A stretch of 37,725 nt of DNA. Origin: a virus. Taxonomy: Duplodnaviria; Caudoviricetes. The position numbers were made by a program, and so were the translations under genes. Positions within the stretch are counted from its first letter, which is position 1; every line of letters begins with the position of its first letter. The notes beneath the pieces are model-generated. The model worked only from the letters and a program-made list of their open reading frames with translations, ran no database searches and had not been told where the DNA came from. Of the stretch, positions 26,783 through 35,193 are shown one piece after another. The stretch covers positions 1 to 37,725 of the IMG/VR virus record IMGVR_UViG_3300022930_000018. One strand, written 5' to 3'.

Positions 26783-27360
26783 TGTTTTAAATTTAATTGT
26801 TTTATTTTTTCTTTGTACTCTTGTATCTTTTCTTTTATTTCCGGAATTGATAGTTTTAAAGTCGATGTACGCGCTCTTAATTCCAATGCTTCGAACCGTT
26901 CAATTCCTATCTTTTCAATCAATTTAGGGCGGTATTCGATGATATTAGCGGATAAATGCATATTGCAATACTTATTACACTGCGAATGGACATTATCCTC
27001 GTCAAACCTTACATTTGGGAAACCACCAACTGAAAAAAAATGACCTGCAGCATATTGTGTTGTTTCTTTTTGAGTTCCACAACTGATGCAATTTTTACCA
27101 TCCCTTAATTTAATGTAGGTATTGAAAACCTTTTGAAATATCTCTAACCATTCCGAGTAAGTTAAAATAGCTTCCTTTCGTTCTTTTTTTTCTTTTGTCC
27201 AGGATTGCTTTTCTTCTTTATCAGTCCTTTTCTTTTCCCTTTCTCTTAATTGCTTTGCGTATGTTGTAAAGGCTTTTATACACTCGTCTTTATCCATGCA
27301 GTGTTTCTGATTGAAGTGTTTTGCGGTGAATTTCTCTTTACATGATAAACAGCGGGGCAT
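26779..27360 (-). CDS. ninG: NinG/Rap-family recombination endonuclease
   Basis: FNTYIKLRD..CISCG..AGHF..VRFDEDNVHSQC..CN. Confidence 0.92.
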   Translation of the reverse strand: MPRCLSCKEKFTAKHFNQKHCMDKDECIKAFTTYAKQLREREKKRTDKEEKQSWTKEKKERKEAILTYSEWLEIFQKVFNTYIKLRDGKNCISCGTQKETTQYAAGHFFSVGGFPNVRFDEDNVHSQCNKYCNMHLSANIIEYRPKLIEKIGIERFEALELRARTSTLKLSIPEIKEKIQEYKEKIKQLNLKQ

Positions 27361-27363
27361 CGA

Positions 27364-27603
27364 TTAAAGATTTTCTAATTCTAATTTTACTTCCTTCCAA
27401 TAATTATATCGTTCAGTTAGTTTTTCAATAGTCTGGAAATCATTACTACCACCTAAATCCAAAACTAAATTTTCTCGGGTTATCTCATTGATAATAATTA
27501 AAACACTTGCTTTTGTATTATCCTTTAATGTGGTTGGAGTTATTCCAGATGCAAAAATATAACACTTTTCATATAGTTCAATTGCTTTATCTTTTGGGTT
27601 CAT
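27364..27603 (-). CDS. Hypothetical phage protein
   Basis: MNPKDKAIEL ... YWKEVK.ELENL. Confidence 0.7.
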   Translation of the reverse strand: MNPKDKAIELYEKCYIFASGITPTTLKDNTKASVLIIINEITRENLVLDLGGSNDFQTIEKLTERYNYWKEVKLELENL

Positions 27604-27624
27604 AATACTTGTATTTAGTTATTT

Positions 27625-27828
27625 TTAATTGCTCGTTGTTTTTAATACGTTCTTTTCTTCCGATATTTCCATTTCATAATGCCATGAACAAACCGATCCA
27701 AATGATAACTCATAAAGCAAACCTGATGGTCTTACCGATATTCCTATTACCATTCTTTCTGATTGGTCGTTATCTGTTTTAAGATACACTGTTTGCCCTA
27801 ATTCAAATTTGTTTTCTATTAACATCAT
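27625..27828 (-). CDS. Hypothetical protein, SH3-like beta fold suspected
   Basis: KFELGQTVYLKTD..Q..RMV. Confidence 0.7.
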   Translation of the reverse strand: MMLIENKFELGQTVYLKTDNDQSERMVIGISVRPSGLLYELSFGSVCSWHYEMEISEEKNVLKTTSN

Positions 27829-27861
27829 GTTATTGTTTTTTAGTTACACCCCTCCCTTAAT

Positions 27862-28014
27862 ACTTGCATAAGTTACCCAAGCAAGAACGTTAGATTTTAT
27901 ACTAACTCAGCACTAATTAAATTAATCTTGCAGACCTTTTTTAAGGTGTTAGCCATATCGCCTTTCGCTAACTTTATTAATTTGCTCCTTTATCTCTATT
28001 AAAAATATGCAAGT
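27862..28014 (-). ncRNA. Candidate structured RNA
   Basis: 9-bp closing helix ACTTGCATA/TATGCAAGT enclosing four short stems in a long intergenic region. Confidence 0.4.
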
Positions 28015-28154
28015 CGAGACCCGGAGTTGTCGGAGTGTGGGACATTGCTCGGATTTGGAGGTTCGTACTTTTGCGGAAATCATATTTGTATTCTTATTAA
28101 AAACGCTGGTCGGTTTGAGTAGGTCATACCTGAGAAAACACCTAAATACAAATA

Positions 28155-28292
28155 AAAAAGCCACTTACTATGTTAAAGACTTTCAATTGCAAACAAAAGT
28201 TTTTAGTAAATGGCTTTTTAAATATTATAAAAAGAATGTTTCGGTAAGATTTAAAAATCGATAACTTAACTAATGTTTGCTCTACAAAGATA
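28155..28292 (-). promoter_or_regulatory. Promoter plus loop-loop leader (element C)
   Basis: TATCTTTG; GCAAACA near the start; complementary TGTTTGC at the tip of the AAAAGCCATTTACTA/TAGTAAGTGGCTTTT hairpin. Confidence 0.6.
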
Positions 28293-28307
28293 GTAAAACT
28301 TTTTTAA

Positions 28308-29672
28308 TTATTTTAATAAATTTTTTAATATTGCCTGAATTGGAGGAACTGATATTGTATTCCCGGCTTGTTTGTATAATTGTGAATTGCTTACTCCTGC
28401 ATCTATTGCGTTTTGTAGAAATTCATCCGGAAAACCTTGAAGTCGGAAGCATTCTTTGGGTGTGAGCTTTCGGATTCGATAGTCAGAATATTGTACGCAT
28501 TTAGGTGCTTTGTAATCCGTTGCTAAAAGTGCTGGTGAATTACCATCTTTGAAACCGTCAAATTCTAATTTCTTTGAAATTGGGTGTACTGCTATTCCGG
28601 TGTAAACCACCAAATTATCTTTCTGCACGGTACTCAAACAATTGGAAGTTCCTATATCGCCAACTTTCTGAATAATCTTTGGCTGATTCTTATTTTCTTC
28701 TTTCAAAAAATATAAATGACTTGTGTCAATTCTCGTTAAAACAGTGCTTGTAACTTCTGTGTTTAAAGTCTGGTTGTAAGCATCAATAAAACAAGCTTCA
28801 TCAGGGATTTCATTTTTATCTAAAGTCTTATTAAGTCTGTCGCTGCCGTAGCCTGATTTGGTGGCGAATGGGACTTTTAAATAATTGTCATCAATTCCCA
28901 TTTTATAATATCTGGCTGTAAGTGCTGACGAAATTTCACTTTCGGTATTTTCAATAGGTTTGAAGCTAAATCCATTTCCTTTCAGCTTCATATTTTCGCT
29001 GTGATTCTGGAAACCTTTTATAATCTTCTCACTCAAATAATACTTTTCGTCCACTTCCGGCTCTAAAATATCCTTTAACCTTAATTTCAGCGGAACACCT
29101 TTCGGAAATACAAAAGAGTTCGGTAAATCGTTTCTTATGCCTATCAAAAACACTCTTTCACGGTTCTGCGGAAGTCCGTAATCTTTGGTATTTAAAACCT
29201 GCCAATGTAAATTATACATTAAAGAATCTTCGTGAGGAAATATAAACGTATTTCCGTTTTCGCTTTGCCCTAATAACTGAATCCAGTTTCGGAAAGTTTC
29301 GCCATCGTTATCGCTTAATAATCCTTTCACGTTTTCGATGATGAAATATTTAGGGTTTTGGTTTTTAACGTATCGCAGGAAATCAAAGAATAATAAACCG
29401 CGCGGATCTAATTCTCCTAATCGCTTTCCGGCTAAACTGAAACTTTGGCAAGGTAAACCTGAGATGTTTAGGTCGCTATAATACTCCTCTCCAATGTAAT
29501 CAGGTTTGGTCATATCATTAACCATTTTTTTTGTATAATGGTTCGCAAGGTAAGTTTCACGAGCATATTTATCAATTTCAGCAGTTAAAACAATTTCGTG
29601 TTCTATTCCTAAATTCTTTAGCGCAACCTCTGGGCTTCCAATACCCGAACAAAACGTACTGATTTTTAACAT
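28308..29672 (-). CDS. DNA (cytosine-5) methyltransferase
   Basis: Motifs I FCSGIG, IV LPCQSFS, VI ENVKG, VIII QNRERVF, IX RKLTPKECFRLQGF, X YKQAGN. Confidence 0.95.
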   Translation of the reverse strand: MLKISTFCSGIGSPEVALKNLGIEHEIVLTAEIDKYARETYLANHYTKKMVNDMTKPDYIGEEYYSDLNISGLPCQSFSLAGKRLGELDPRGLLFFDFLRYVKNQNPKYFIIENVKGLLSDNDGETFRNWIQLLGQSENGNTFIFPHEDSLMYNLHWQVLNTKDYGLPQNRERVFLIGIRNDLPNSFVFPKGVPLKLRLKDILEPEVDEKYYLSEKIIKGFQNHSENMKLKGNGFSFKPIENTESEISSALTARYYKMGIDDNYLKVPFATKSGYGSDRLNKTLDKNEIPDEACFIDAYNQTLNTEVTSTVLTRIDTSHLYFLKEENKNQPKIIQKVGDIGTSNCLSTVQKDNLVVYTGIAVHPISKKLEFDGFKDGNSPALLATDYKAPKCVQYSDYRIRKLTPKECFRLQGFPDEFLQNAIDAGVSNSQLYKQAGNTISVPPIQAILKNLLK

Positions 29673-29687
29673 AATTAAAATTAAAAT

Positions 29688-29788
29688 GAGAAAACCCCAA
29701 CAGACCTACTACAATCTATCAGGGTTTCTCGGTTAGTCATTAGACTAAAACTCGTTAATGCAAGTAGTAGATTGCTTTCACAAATTTA
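29688..29788 (-). promoter_or_regulatory. Promoter plus loop-loop leader (element B)
   Basis: TAAATTTG; hairpin GCAA-TCTACTAC-TTGC; long hairpin with loop TGTAGTAG. Confidence 0.7.
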
Positions 29789-29832
29789 CGAATTATTTCC
29801 ACACCACCAAACTTTATAATAAATATATCCTA

Positions 29833-29851
29833 ATTTAGAATGATTACAAAT
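29833..29851. promoter_or_regulatory. Fur-box-like imperfect palindrome
   Basis: ATTTAGAATGATTACAAAT between the divergent promoters; related copy at 33341-33359. Confidence 0.45.
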
Positions 29852-29877
29852 TAATAAAAGTATTGAAATATATTTGT

Positions 29878-29904
29878 TTTGTATTTACAAATGTATTTAC
29901 TTTG
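29878..29904 (+). promoter_or_regulatory. Early promoter with direct-repeat operator
   Basis: TGTATTTAC twice (29880-29888, 29892-29900) running into TTACTTTG, upstream of the RHH gene. Confidence 0.5.
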
Positions 29905-29925
29905 CAATATCAAATAACAATAATA

Positions 29926-30378
29926 ATGGCAAAACTAAAAAGCGAAACAATGACATTCAGAGTGTCGCCATCGCACCCAAAACAATTAAAAACGATTTCC
30001 AAAATCAAAAATGAATCTCAATCCGAACTCTTAAGAAATTGGATTGACAAAGAGCTTCAAAAAAACATTCTCGATATTGTTTCGGAAAGCGGACAAGAGA
30101 TAGAAGTTTTCGCAGATGATCCTGAATTTACTAATCACTTTGAAACCATAGAAACGGATGCGGTTAATTTTGAGTTAGCGTTTGAGATTTACACAAAGTA
30201 TTACCCGCCGGAACCCGAATTCGATAACGCTTATGAGTTTGAGGTTTTAAGTTACAGAACTACGTTACTTGAAATCACAGACGAAAACGGTAAAGTTGAA
30301 ATCCCTAAAAACCTGGAAAGAGCAATCGAGAAAGGCTTCAACAAAAATCTAACTTTTAACATCATTAAAAAACATTAA
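29926..30378 (+). CDS. Ribbon-helix-helix domain protein with acidic C-terminal domain
   Basis: ETMTFRVSPSHPKQLKTISKIKNESQSELLRNWI; ATG at 29926 preferred over TTG at 29863. Confidence 0.7.
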   Translation: MAKLKSETMTFRVSPSHPKQLKTISKIKNESQSELLRNWIDKELQKNILDIVSESGQEIEVFADDPEFTNHFETIETDAVNFELAFEIYTKYYPPEPEFDNAYEFEVLSYRTTLLEITDENGKVEIPKNLERAIEKGFNKNLTFNIIKKH

Positions 30379-30379
30379 A

Positions 30380-30670
30380 ATGGCAGAATTTAAAGGAACA
30401 AAAGGAAAGTGGGAAATAGAGGATATAAAATCTCCTTATGAAACTACAATTAATTCAAGTGAATATAGGATAGCAGAAGTAAAGCATTTTGAAGGGGAAA
30501 ATTTTAATGACCCAATTGAAAAAGAAGCAAAAGCCAACGCCTTGCTTATTTCCAAAGCACCCGAAATGCTTGAAATGTTACAAGATATTTTAGAACAAAG
30601 ATTAGATGGTAGAGATTATGTTAGTATATCTGACATTCAAAATTTAATCAAAGAATCAACAGAACTTTAA
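30380..30670 (+). CDS. Hypothetical phage protein
   Basis: KGTKGKW ... ANALLISKAPEMLE, a common phage early-protein pattern. Confidence 0.75.
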   Translation: MAEFKGTKGKWEIEDIKSPYETTINSSEYRIAEVKHFEGENFNDPIEKEAKANALLISKAPEMLEMLQDILEQRLDGRDYVSISDIQNLIKESTEL

Positions 30671-30680
30671 AACAAACATT

Positions 30681-31184
30681 ATGAAAACACTATCACTACT
30701 TTTATTTGCGGGTTTAATTTCCGCGCAAAGCCTTAAACCAACAATAGGCGTACACTATTCAGGCGGTTTATCCTACGATATGAACCACGAACCACTATCA
30801 ATCCAAACAGGGCTAATTTACACTCCTAAAACGGCTGATTTGATAATGAGTAATATTGGAGTTAACTTCAATATTTACAAAGACCCAATGCCACGTAAAA
30901 AAGGTGAAAACGATGCTTTTTATGTCGCAAGATTACAATTCGCTAAAGAGTTCGCACAATATTGGAATTTCACCTATTACGTGGGTTACGCAAATAACTT
31001 CAACAACGATATTATGAGTAACTTTAAAGGCGGGTTTAAAACCAATTTAGCTTATGGTTTCGGGTTTCAGTTGACCGATGATTATATTACCGCTGAACTT
31101 CTTTATGAATCAATTGCGGGTTATCCACACCTTTCAGTGGGTGTTAATTACAACATTACAAATTTACTAAAAAAGAAGAAATGA
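30681..31184 (+). CDS. Secreted, putative outer-membrane beta-barrel protein
   Basis: Signal peptide MKTLSLLLFAGLISA|Q; amphipathic strands (IGVNFNI, LAYGFGFQL, LSVGVNYNI). Confidence 0.65.
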   Translation: MKTLSLLLFAGLISAQSLKPTIGVHYSGGLSYDMNHEPLSIQTGLIYTPKTADLIMSNIGVNFNIYKDPMPRKKGENDAFYVARLQFAKEFAQYWNFTYYVGYANNFNNDIMSNFKGGFKTNLAYGFGFQLTDDYITAELLYESIAGYPHLSVGVNYNITNLLKKKK

Positions 31185-31468
31185 AAACTAAAATAACAAA
31201 GTTTTGGTGGGGAAAAACAACTACTCAAACAGTCAAATTAAAAGAGTACGGATTGCGTAAGCAAATTAAATTTTACTTGTTTGGAATTAGAGGATTATGT
31301 TTCTTTACCATAAATAATCCTATTGATGTTCCGGAAAATGCAGAAGAGTTAGCAATGTGCCAAATAATCGCAGAAAGACAAGTTAATTATTCCGAAATGC
31401 CACAACTATCAAATTTAAACTTTGATAAATTCCAAAGAGAAATGTACGAAACTTTTAAAAACAACTAA
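31181..31468 (+). CDS. Hypothetical protein
   Basis: ATGA overlap with the upstream gene. Confidence 0.65.
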   Translation: MKTKITKFWWGKTTTQTVKLKEYGLRKQIKFYLFGIRGLCFFTINNPIDVPENAEELAMCQIIAERQVNYSEMPQLSNLNFDKFQREMYETFKNN

Positions 31469-31469
31469 A

Positions 31470-31802
31470 ATGAAAAAACAGATTGAAGAAATACAAAATT
31501 ATTTCGTTAATAAAATTACAGCGTGTGATTTCGATAATTTAAAATCTGAAACATTTGCACATAATACCATTCAAATTAAATTACAAGTAGATGGATATTG
31601 TTTTGAATTTATTTTTAATACTGAATACAAAACTATTTATCAGTCAATTTTTGATAATTTTATGAAAATAGAAATACCAAATGACAGATTATTAAATATT
31701 ATCGATTTAATTAATGAAAGAGAATCGCAGATAAAAGATGAAAAAATTGAAAAATTAAAATCTGAATTAGCTAAACTCGAAAATCAAACCTACAACGTAT
31801 AA
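31470..31802 (+). CDS. Hypothetical protein
   Basis: ATG at 31470 (MKKQIEE), 1 nt after the upstream stop. Confidence 0.7.
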   Translation: MKKQIEEIQNYFVNKITACDFDNLKSETFAHNTIQIKLQVDGYCFEFIFNTEYKTIYQSIFDNFMKIEIPNDRLLNIIDLINERESQIKDEKIEKLKSELAKLENQTYNV

Positions 31803-31813
31803 AAAAAGACAAA

Positions 31814-32335
31814 ATGGAAAACAAACATCATTACAGAAACGTTTTTAAATCTGACCATTTAGGCAGCGCAGATTTAGAAGATTTATTAGAGCAAGGAAGT
31901 AAATTGATATTTACAATTAGCGAGGTTAAACAAGAAAAAGGTGCAAAGGTTGCCGGAAAAAAGATAGACGCTAATATTGTATATTTTCACGAAAAAATAA
32001 AACCTTTAGTACTTAATGCGACCAACTCAAAAACATTAAAGTCATTCGCAAAAACAAAAGAACATCCAAACGGATCGCCATTCGTTGAAGATTGGAAAAA
32101 CATTACAATCGAATTATACGTTGATGATAACGTTCAAATGAAAGGTGAAAAAACGCAAGGTGTAAGAATCAGACAAATTCAGCCGACAGTTCAAAAAGTA
32201 AAACCTGATTTTTTAGAAGCTAATTTTGAAAAGGCTAAAAACGCAAGTGCAACGATTGAAACGATAAAGGAGCGTTATAATGTTTCCGATGAAATCGAAT
32301 CTAAATACATTGAATATGTCGGAGCAACGGAGTGA
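31814..32335 (+). CDS. Putative ssDNA-binding/annealing protein
   Basis: Immediately upstream of the YqaJ exonuclease; KPLVLNATN motif; beta-rich. Confidence 0.5.
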   Translation: MENKHHYRNVFKSDHLGSADLEDLLEQGSKLIFTISEVKQEKGAKVAGKKIDANIVYFHEKIKPLVLNATNSKTLKSFAKTKEHPNGSPFVEDWKNITIELYVDDNVQMKGEKTQGVRIRQIQPTVQKVKPDFLEANFEKAKNASATIETIKERYNVSDEIESKYIEYVGATE

Positions 32336-32927
32336 TTTATGGTTTGAAAACCGTCTCGGAAGATTTACCGCTTCCGAGATATTCAAACTAATGGGAGTAA
32401 AAGGATTGGGAGAAACGGGTAAAACCTATGCAATCGAAAAAGCTATTGAAAGTATTATTGGAAAAAATGAAGATGAAATAAATAGTAAGGATTTAACAAG
32501 GGGAGTAGAATTAGAACCTTTAGCTTTTGCTAAATTTTCCGATATTAAATTTCTCGATTTTCTGGATGTAAGCGAATCTAATTTTATTGAATACGGAGAA
32601 CATTCGGGGGCAAGTCCTGATGGCTTAGTTTCCGACAATTCAAATTTAGAAATCAAATGCCCTAAGTTGGTTAAATTCTTTAAAATTGTAGCGGATAACA
32701 AAATTGATGATGCTTATTTATGGCAAATGCAACATCAAATGTTATGTTCAAAGACTGAAAAAACCTATTTTTTTAATTATATCGTCGATAAAGGCACTGA
32801 ATATTGGCACGAAATAATTGTGCAGCGTGACGAAAAGAAAATAGATTTAATTGAATCGAGATTAATAGAAGGAATCGAAATTAAGTTAGATTACATTGAA
32901 AAAATTAACTCTCAAAAACAATGGTAA
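32316..32927 (+). CDS. YqaJ / lambda exonuclease family protein
   Basis: QRSDLWFENRLGRFTASE, GVELEP, GASPDGL, EIKCP, YLWQMQHQM; ATG at 32316. Confidence 0.92.
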   Translation: MSEQRSDLWFENRLGRFTASEIFKLMGVKGLGETGKTYAIEKAIESIIGKNEDEINSKDLTRGVELEPLAFAKFSDIKFLDFLDVSESNFIEYGEHSGASPDGLVSDNSNLEIKCPKLVKFFKIVADNKIDDAYLWQMQHQMLCSKTEKTYFFNYIVDKGTEYWHEIIVQRDEKKIDLIESRLIEGIEIKLDYIEKINSQKQW

Positions 32928-33341
32928 ATGAAAATAACATTGATAAAAACCCTTAACAATACATTTAAGATTGCATTTGACAGTGATTTTGAAAAAGCAA
33001 AGAAAATAAAAGTCGGTGAACCTTACGAGTATGAGTATAAGAACGTAAGAAATCCACGTTTCCACCGACTTTACTTTGCTATGTTGAATATGGTTTTTCA
33101 GAACCAGGAACTTTACAATAATATCGACCATTTAAGGCGTGATTTAACTATTGAAGCAGGATATTACGATTTACGTGCAAACATTCATGGAGAAGAAGTA
33201 AAAGAGCCTAAATCGATTTCTTTTGCTTCGATGGATCAAACGCAATTCGATGAATATTATAACGCTTGTTTGGATGCTATTGTAAAATACTTCCACTTCG
33301 ATAAGCAGGATATAATAGAAAATATTGAGCAATTCTTCTAA
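32928..33341 (+). CDS. DUF1367-like protein
   Basis: RNPRFHRLYFAML ... AGYYD ... PKSISFASMDQTQF. Confidence 0.85.
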   Translation: MKITLIKTLNNTFKIAFDSDFEKAKKIKVGEPYEYEYKNVRNPRFHRLYFAMLNMVFQNQELYNNIDHLRRDLTIEAGYYDLRANIHGEEVKEPKSISFASMDQTQFDEYYNACLDAIVKYFHFDKQDIIENIEQFF

Positions 33342-33415
33342 TTTAGATTAATTCCATATTACTAAAACCTATTGCATAATCCTACCATTATAACGAAATT
33401 TGAAAAACAAAAATT

Positions 33416-33556
33416 ATGATTGAGAAAGCGATATTATGGTGGGAAATGCTACCTAAATCAGAATCAGAAAAACTTAACAAAAAACACAAGGTAAAAACTG
33501 AAACCGTAAAAACAAAGGTTAAGATTTACTTTAGAGAAATTTACTTTAACAATTAA
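33416..33556 (+). CDS. Small hypothetical protein (46 aa, not in the ORF track)
   Basis: MIEKAILWWEMLPKSE...; A-rich leader; fills the intergenic gap. Confidence 0.55.
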   Translation: MIEKAILWWEMLPKSESEKLNKKHKVKTETVKTKVKIYFREIYFNN

Positions 33557-33567
33557 AAAATAAAACA

Positions 33568-34284
33568 ATGAAATACGAGATTACAAAAGAGCAACTATTA
33601 AACATCGAAAAAGTAGGCGGTGCAGATGTATCACTTTATTTAAAAGAACATTTTGCAGAAGCATTTAAGACTGAATTTGAGGTGAATAAATGGTACGTGC
33701 CAGACAGTGAAATAGGTAGTCTTTGGTATTTAGAAGAAATCAGCAAAAATGGTATGGGTATCGGTTATGGATTTTTAAGACGTGAATTTAAACACTGTGA
33801 CACTATTGCTATTAAAGATGATTTTCAATGGAGATTAGCCACTCCCGAAGAAGTAGAAAGCGCTTTAATTAACGAAGCGAAGAAAAGAGGGTTTATTGAA
33901 GGTGCAAAAACTCAAGGAACAAATAATGAAAGAGAAATTTCAACATTAACTAAAGGATTTATCTATAATGATAATATTCTAAAAGCAATGTGTACAGGTG
34001 AATTTTTCGAAAAAAGAAATATTTATGAAAACGGAATTTGGGGAACTATTATCCCCCAAGAAAAGACCTTAGTACCAATGGAAAAGGCTTTGAAAATCAT
34101 CGCAGGAGAAAAGTATATCTGCCGTAAAGATGTGGTTATGAGTTTTGACAGTAGAATTGAATTTAAAAGGGGTTTAGTTTATTATTCTGAGTTCGATGGA
34201 AAAATAACTAATGAATCAGGCGATAACCATCATGAAGTACCTAACGATTTCGCTTACAAACACTTTCTACACTTACCAAAATAG
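33568..34284 (+). CDS. Hypothetical protein
   Basis: 238 aa; WRLATPEEVESALINEAKKRGF segment. Confidence 0.75.
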   Translation: MKYEITKEQLLNIEKVGGADVSLYLKEHFAEAFKTEFEVNKWYVPDSEIGSLWYLEEISKNGMGIGYGFLRREFKHCDTIAIKDDFQWRLATPEEVESALINEAKKRGFIEGAKTQGTNNEREISTLTKGFIYNDNILKAMCTGEFFEKRNIYENGIWGTIIPQEKTLVPMEKALKIIAGEKYICRKDVVMSFDSRIEFKRGLVYYSEFDGKITNESGDNHHEVPNDFAYKHFLHLPK

Positions 34285-34290
34285 TCGGTT

Positions 34291-34458
34291 ATGTTCCAAC
34301 ACAAAGGAGTAAGATACCACCTTAACGATTCGCCAAACTCTAAAGGAAGAATTTTTATGTACGCACTTGAAAATGATAAATTCCTTAAACCTTTGCAAAG
34401 CACGAGTTTTAAAGACGCGGAAATTGAGGTTAAAAAAATAATAGAAAAGAAATTATGA
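34291..34458 (+). CDS. Small hypothetical protein (55 aa, not in the ORF track)
   Basis: MFQHKGVRYHLND...; stop overlaps the next ATG (ATGA). Confidence 0.6.
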   Translation: MFQHKGVRYHLNDSPNSKGRIFMYALENDKFLKPLQSTSFKDAEIEVKKIIEKKL

Positions 34459-35135
34459 AAATCACTGATAAAATAGAAATAACTCAAGAAGATAACATGG
34501 AATTAATGAAGCGTTATCCCGATAAGTATTTCTCTATTGCCATTTGCGACCCTCCGTACGGAATTGACGCAGCAAAAATGACAATGGGAAGCGGTAAGCA
34601 CAAATTTATAAAGGGTAAATCTTGGGATTCAAATATTCCTAACGAAGAATATTTCAAGGAATTGTTTAGAGTTTCTAAAAATCAAATCATTTGGGGTGGC
34701 AATTACTTTCCATTGCCTCTAAATAATAATTGGGTTATATGGGATAAATTAAACCCTAATATGTCTTTTTCTGAAGCAGAAATGGCTTGGTGTTCAATAA
34801 ACAACAACACAAGAATTTTTAAACGATTAAGTACATTACCAGATATTGACGGGTCAAAAAGGCATATCACCCAAAAACCCGTTGCTCTCTACAAATGGCT
34901 TTTACAGAAATACGCCAATCCAAACGATAAGATTTTAGACACGCATTTAGGTTCTGGAAGTATTGCAATTGCTTGTCACGATTTCGGCTATGAATTAACA
35001 GCTTGTGAACTTGATACCGATTATTATAATTCTGCTATTGAAAGGATTAAAAAACACTGTTCTCAACCATCATTATTTGAACCTGGAGAACTATTACAAC
35101 CAAGTCTAAAATTTGACTTTGACCACGAGGTTTAA
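34455..35135 (+). CDS. DNA N6-adenine/N4-cytosine methyltransferase (beta-type order)
   Basis: ICDPPYG near the N-terminus, H.TQKP, ILDTHLGSGS near the C-terminus. Confidence 0.92.
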   Translation: MKITDKIEITQEDNMELMKRYPDKYFSIAICDPPYGIDAAKMTMGSGKHKFIKGKSWDSNIPNEEYFKELFRVSKNQIIWGGNYFPLPLNNNWVIWDKLNPNMSFSEAEMAWCSINNNTRIFKRLSTLPDIDGSKRHITQKPVALYKWLLQKYANPNDKILDTHLGSGSIAIACHDFGYELTACELDTDYYNSAIERIKKHCSQPSLFEPGELLQPSLKFDFDHEV

Positions 35136-35193
35136 AATTAAAAAAAATAATTGAAATAGAATAAAAAAAAGTATTTTAATCAAAATTAATTAC

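Noticed and set aside
27829-28154. Group I/II intron or mini-CRISPR array in the long intergenic region
   Set aside because: No intron core motifs, no interrupted gene, and no regularly spaced identical repeats
28007-28264. 85-aa + strand ORF
   Set aside because: Opposite to the surrounding transcription, overlaps the element C hairpin, and has atypical composition
29926-30670. RHH gene plus next gene as a toxin-antitoxin pair
   Set aside because: The downstream protein matches a common phage early-protein pattern and shows no toxin motif
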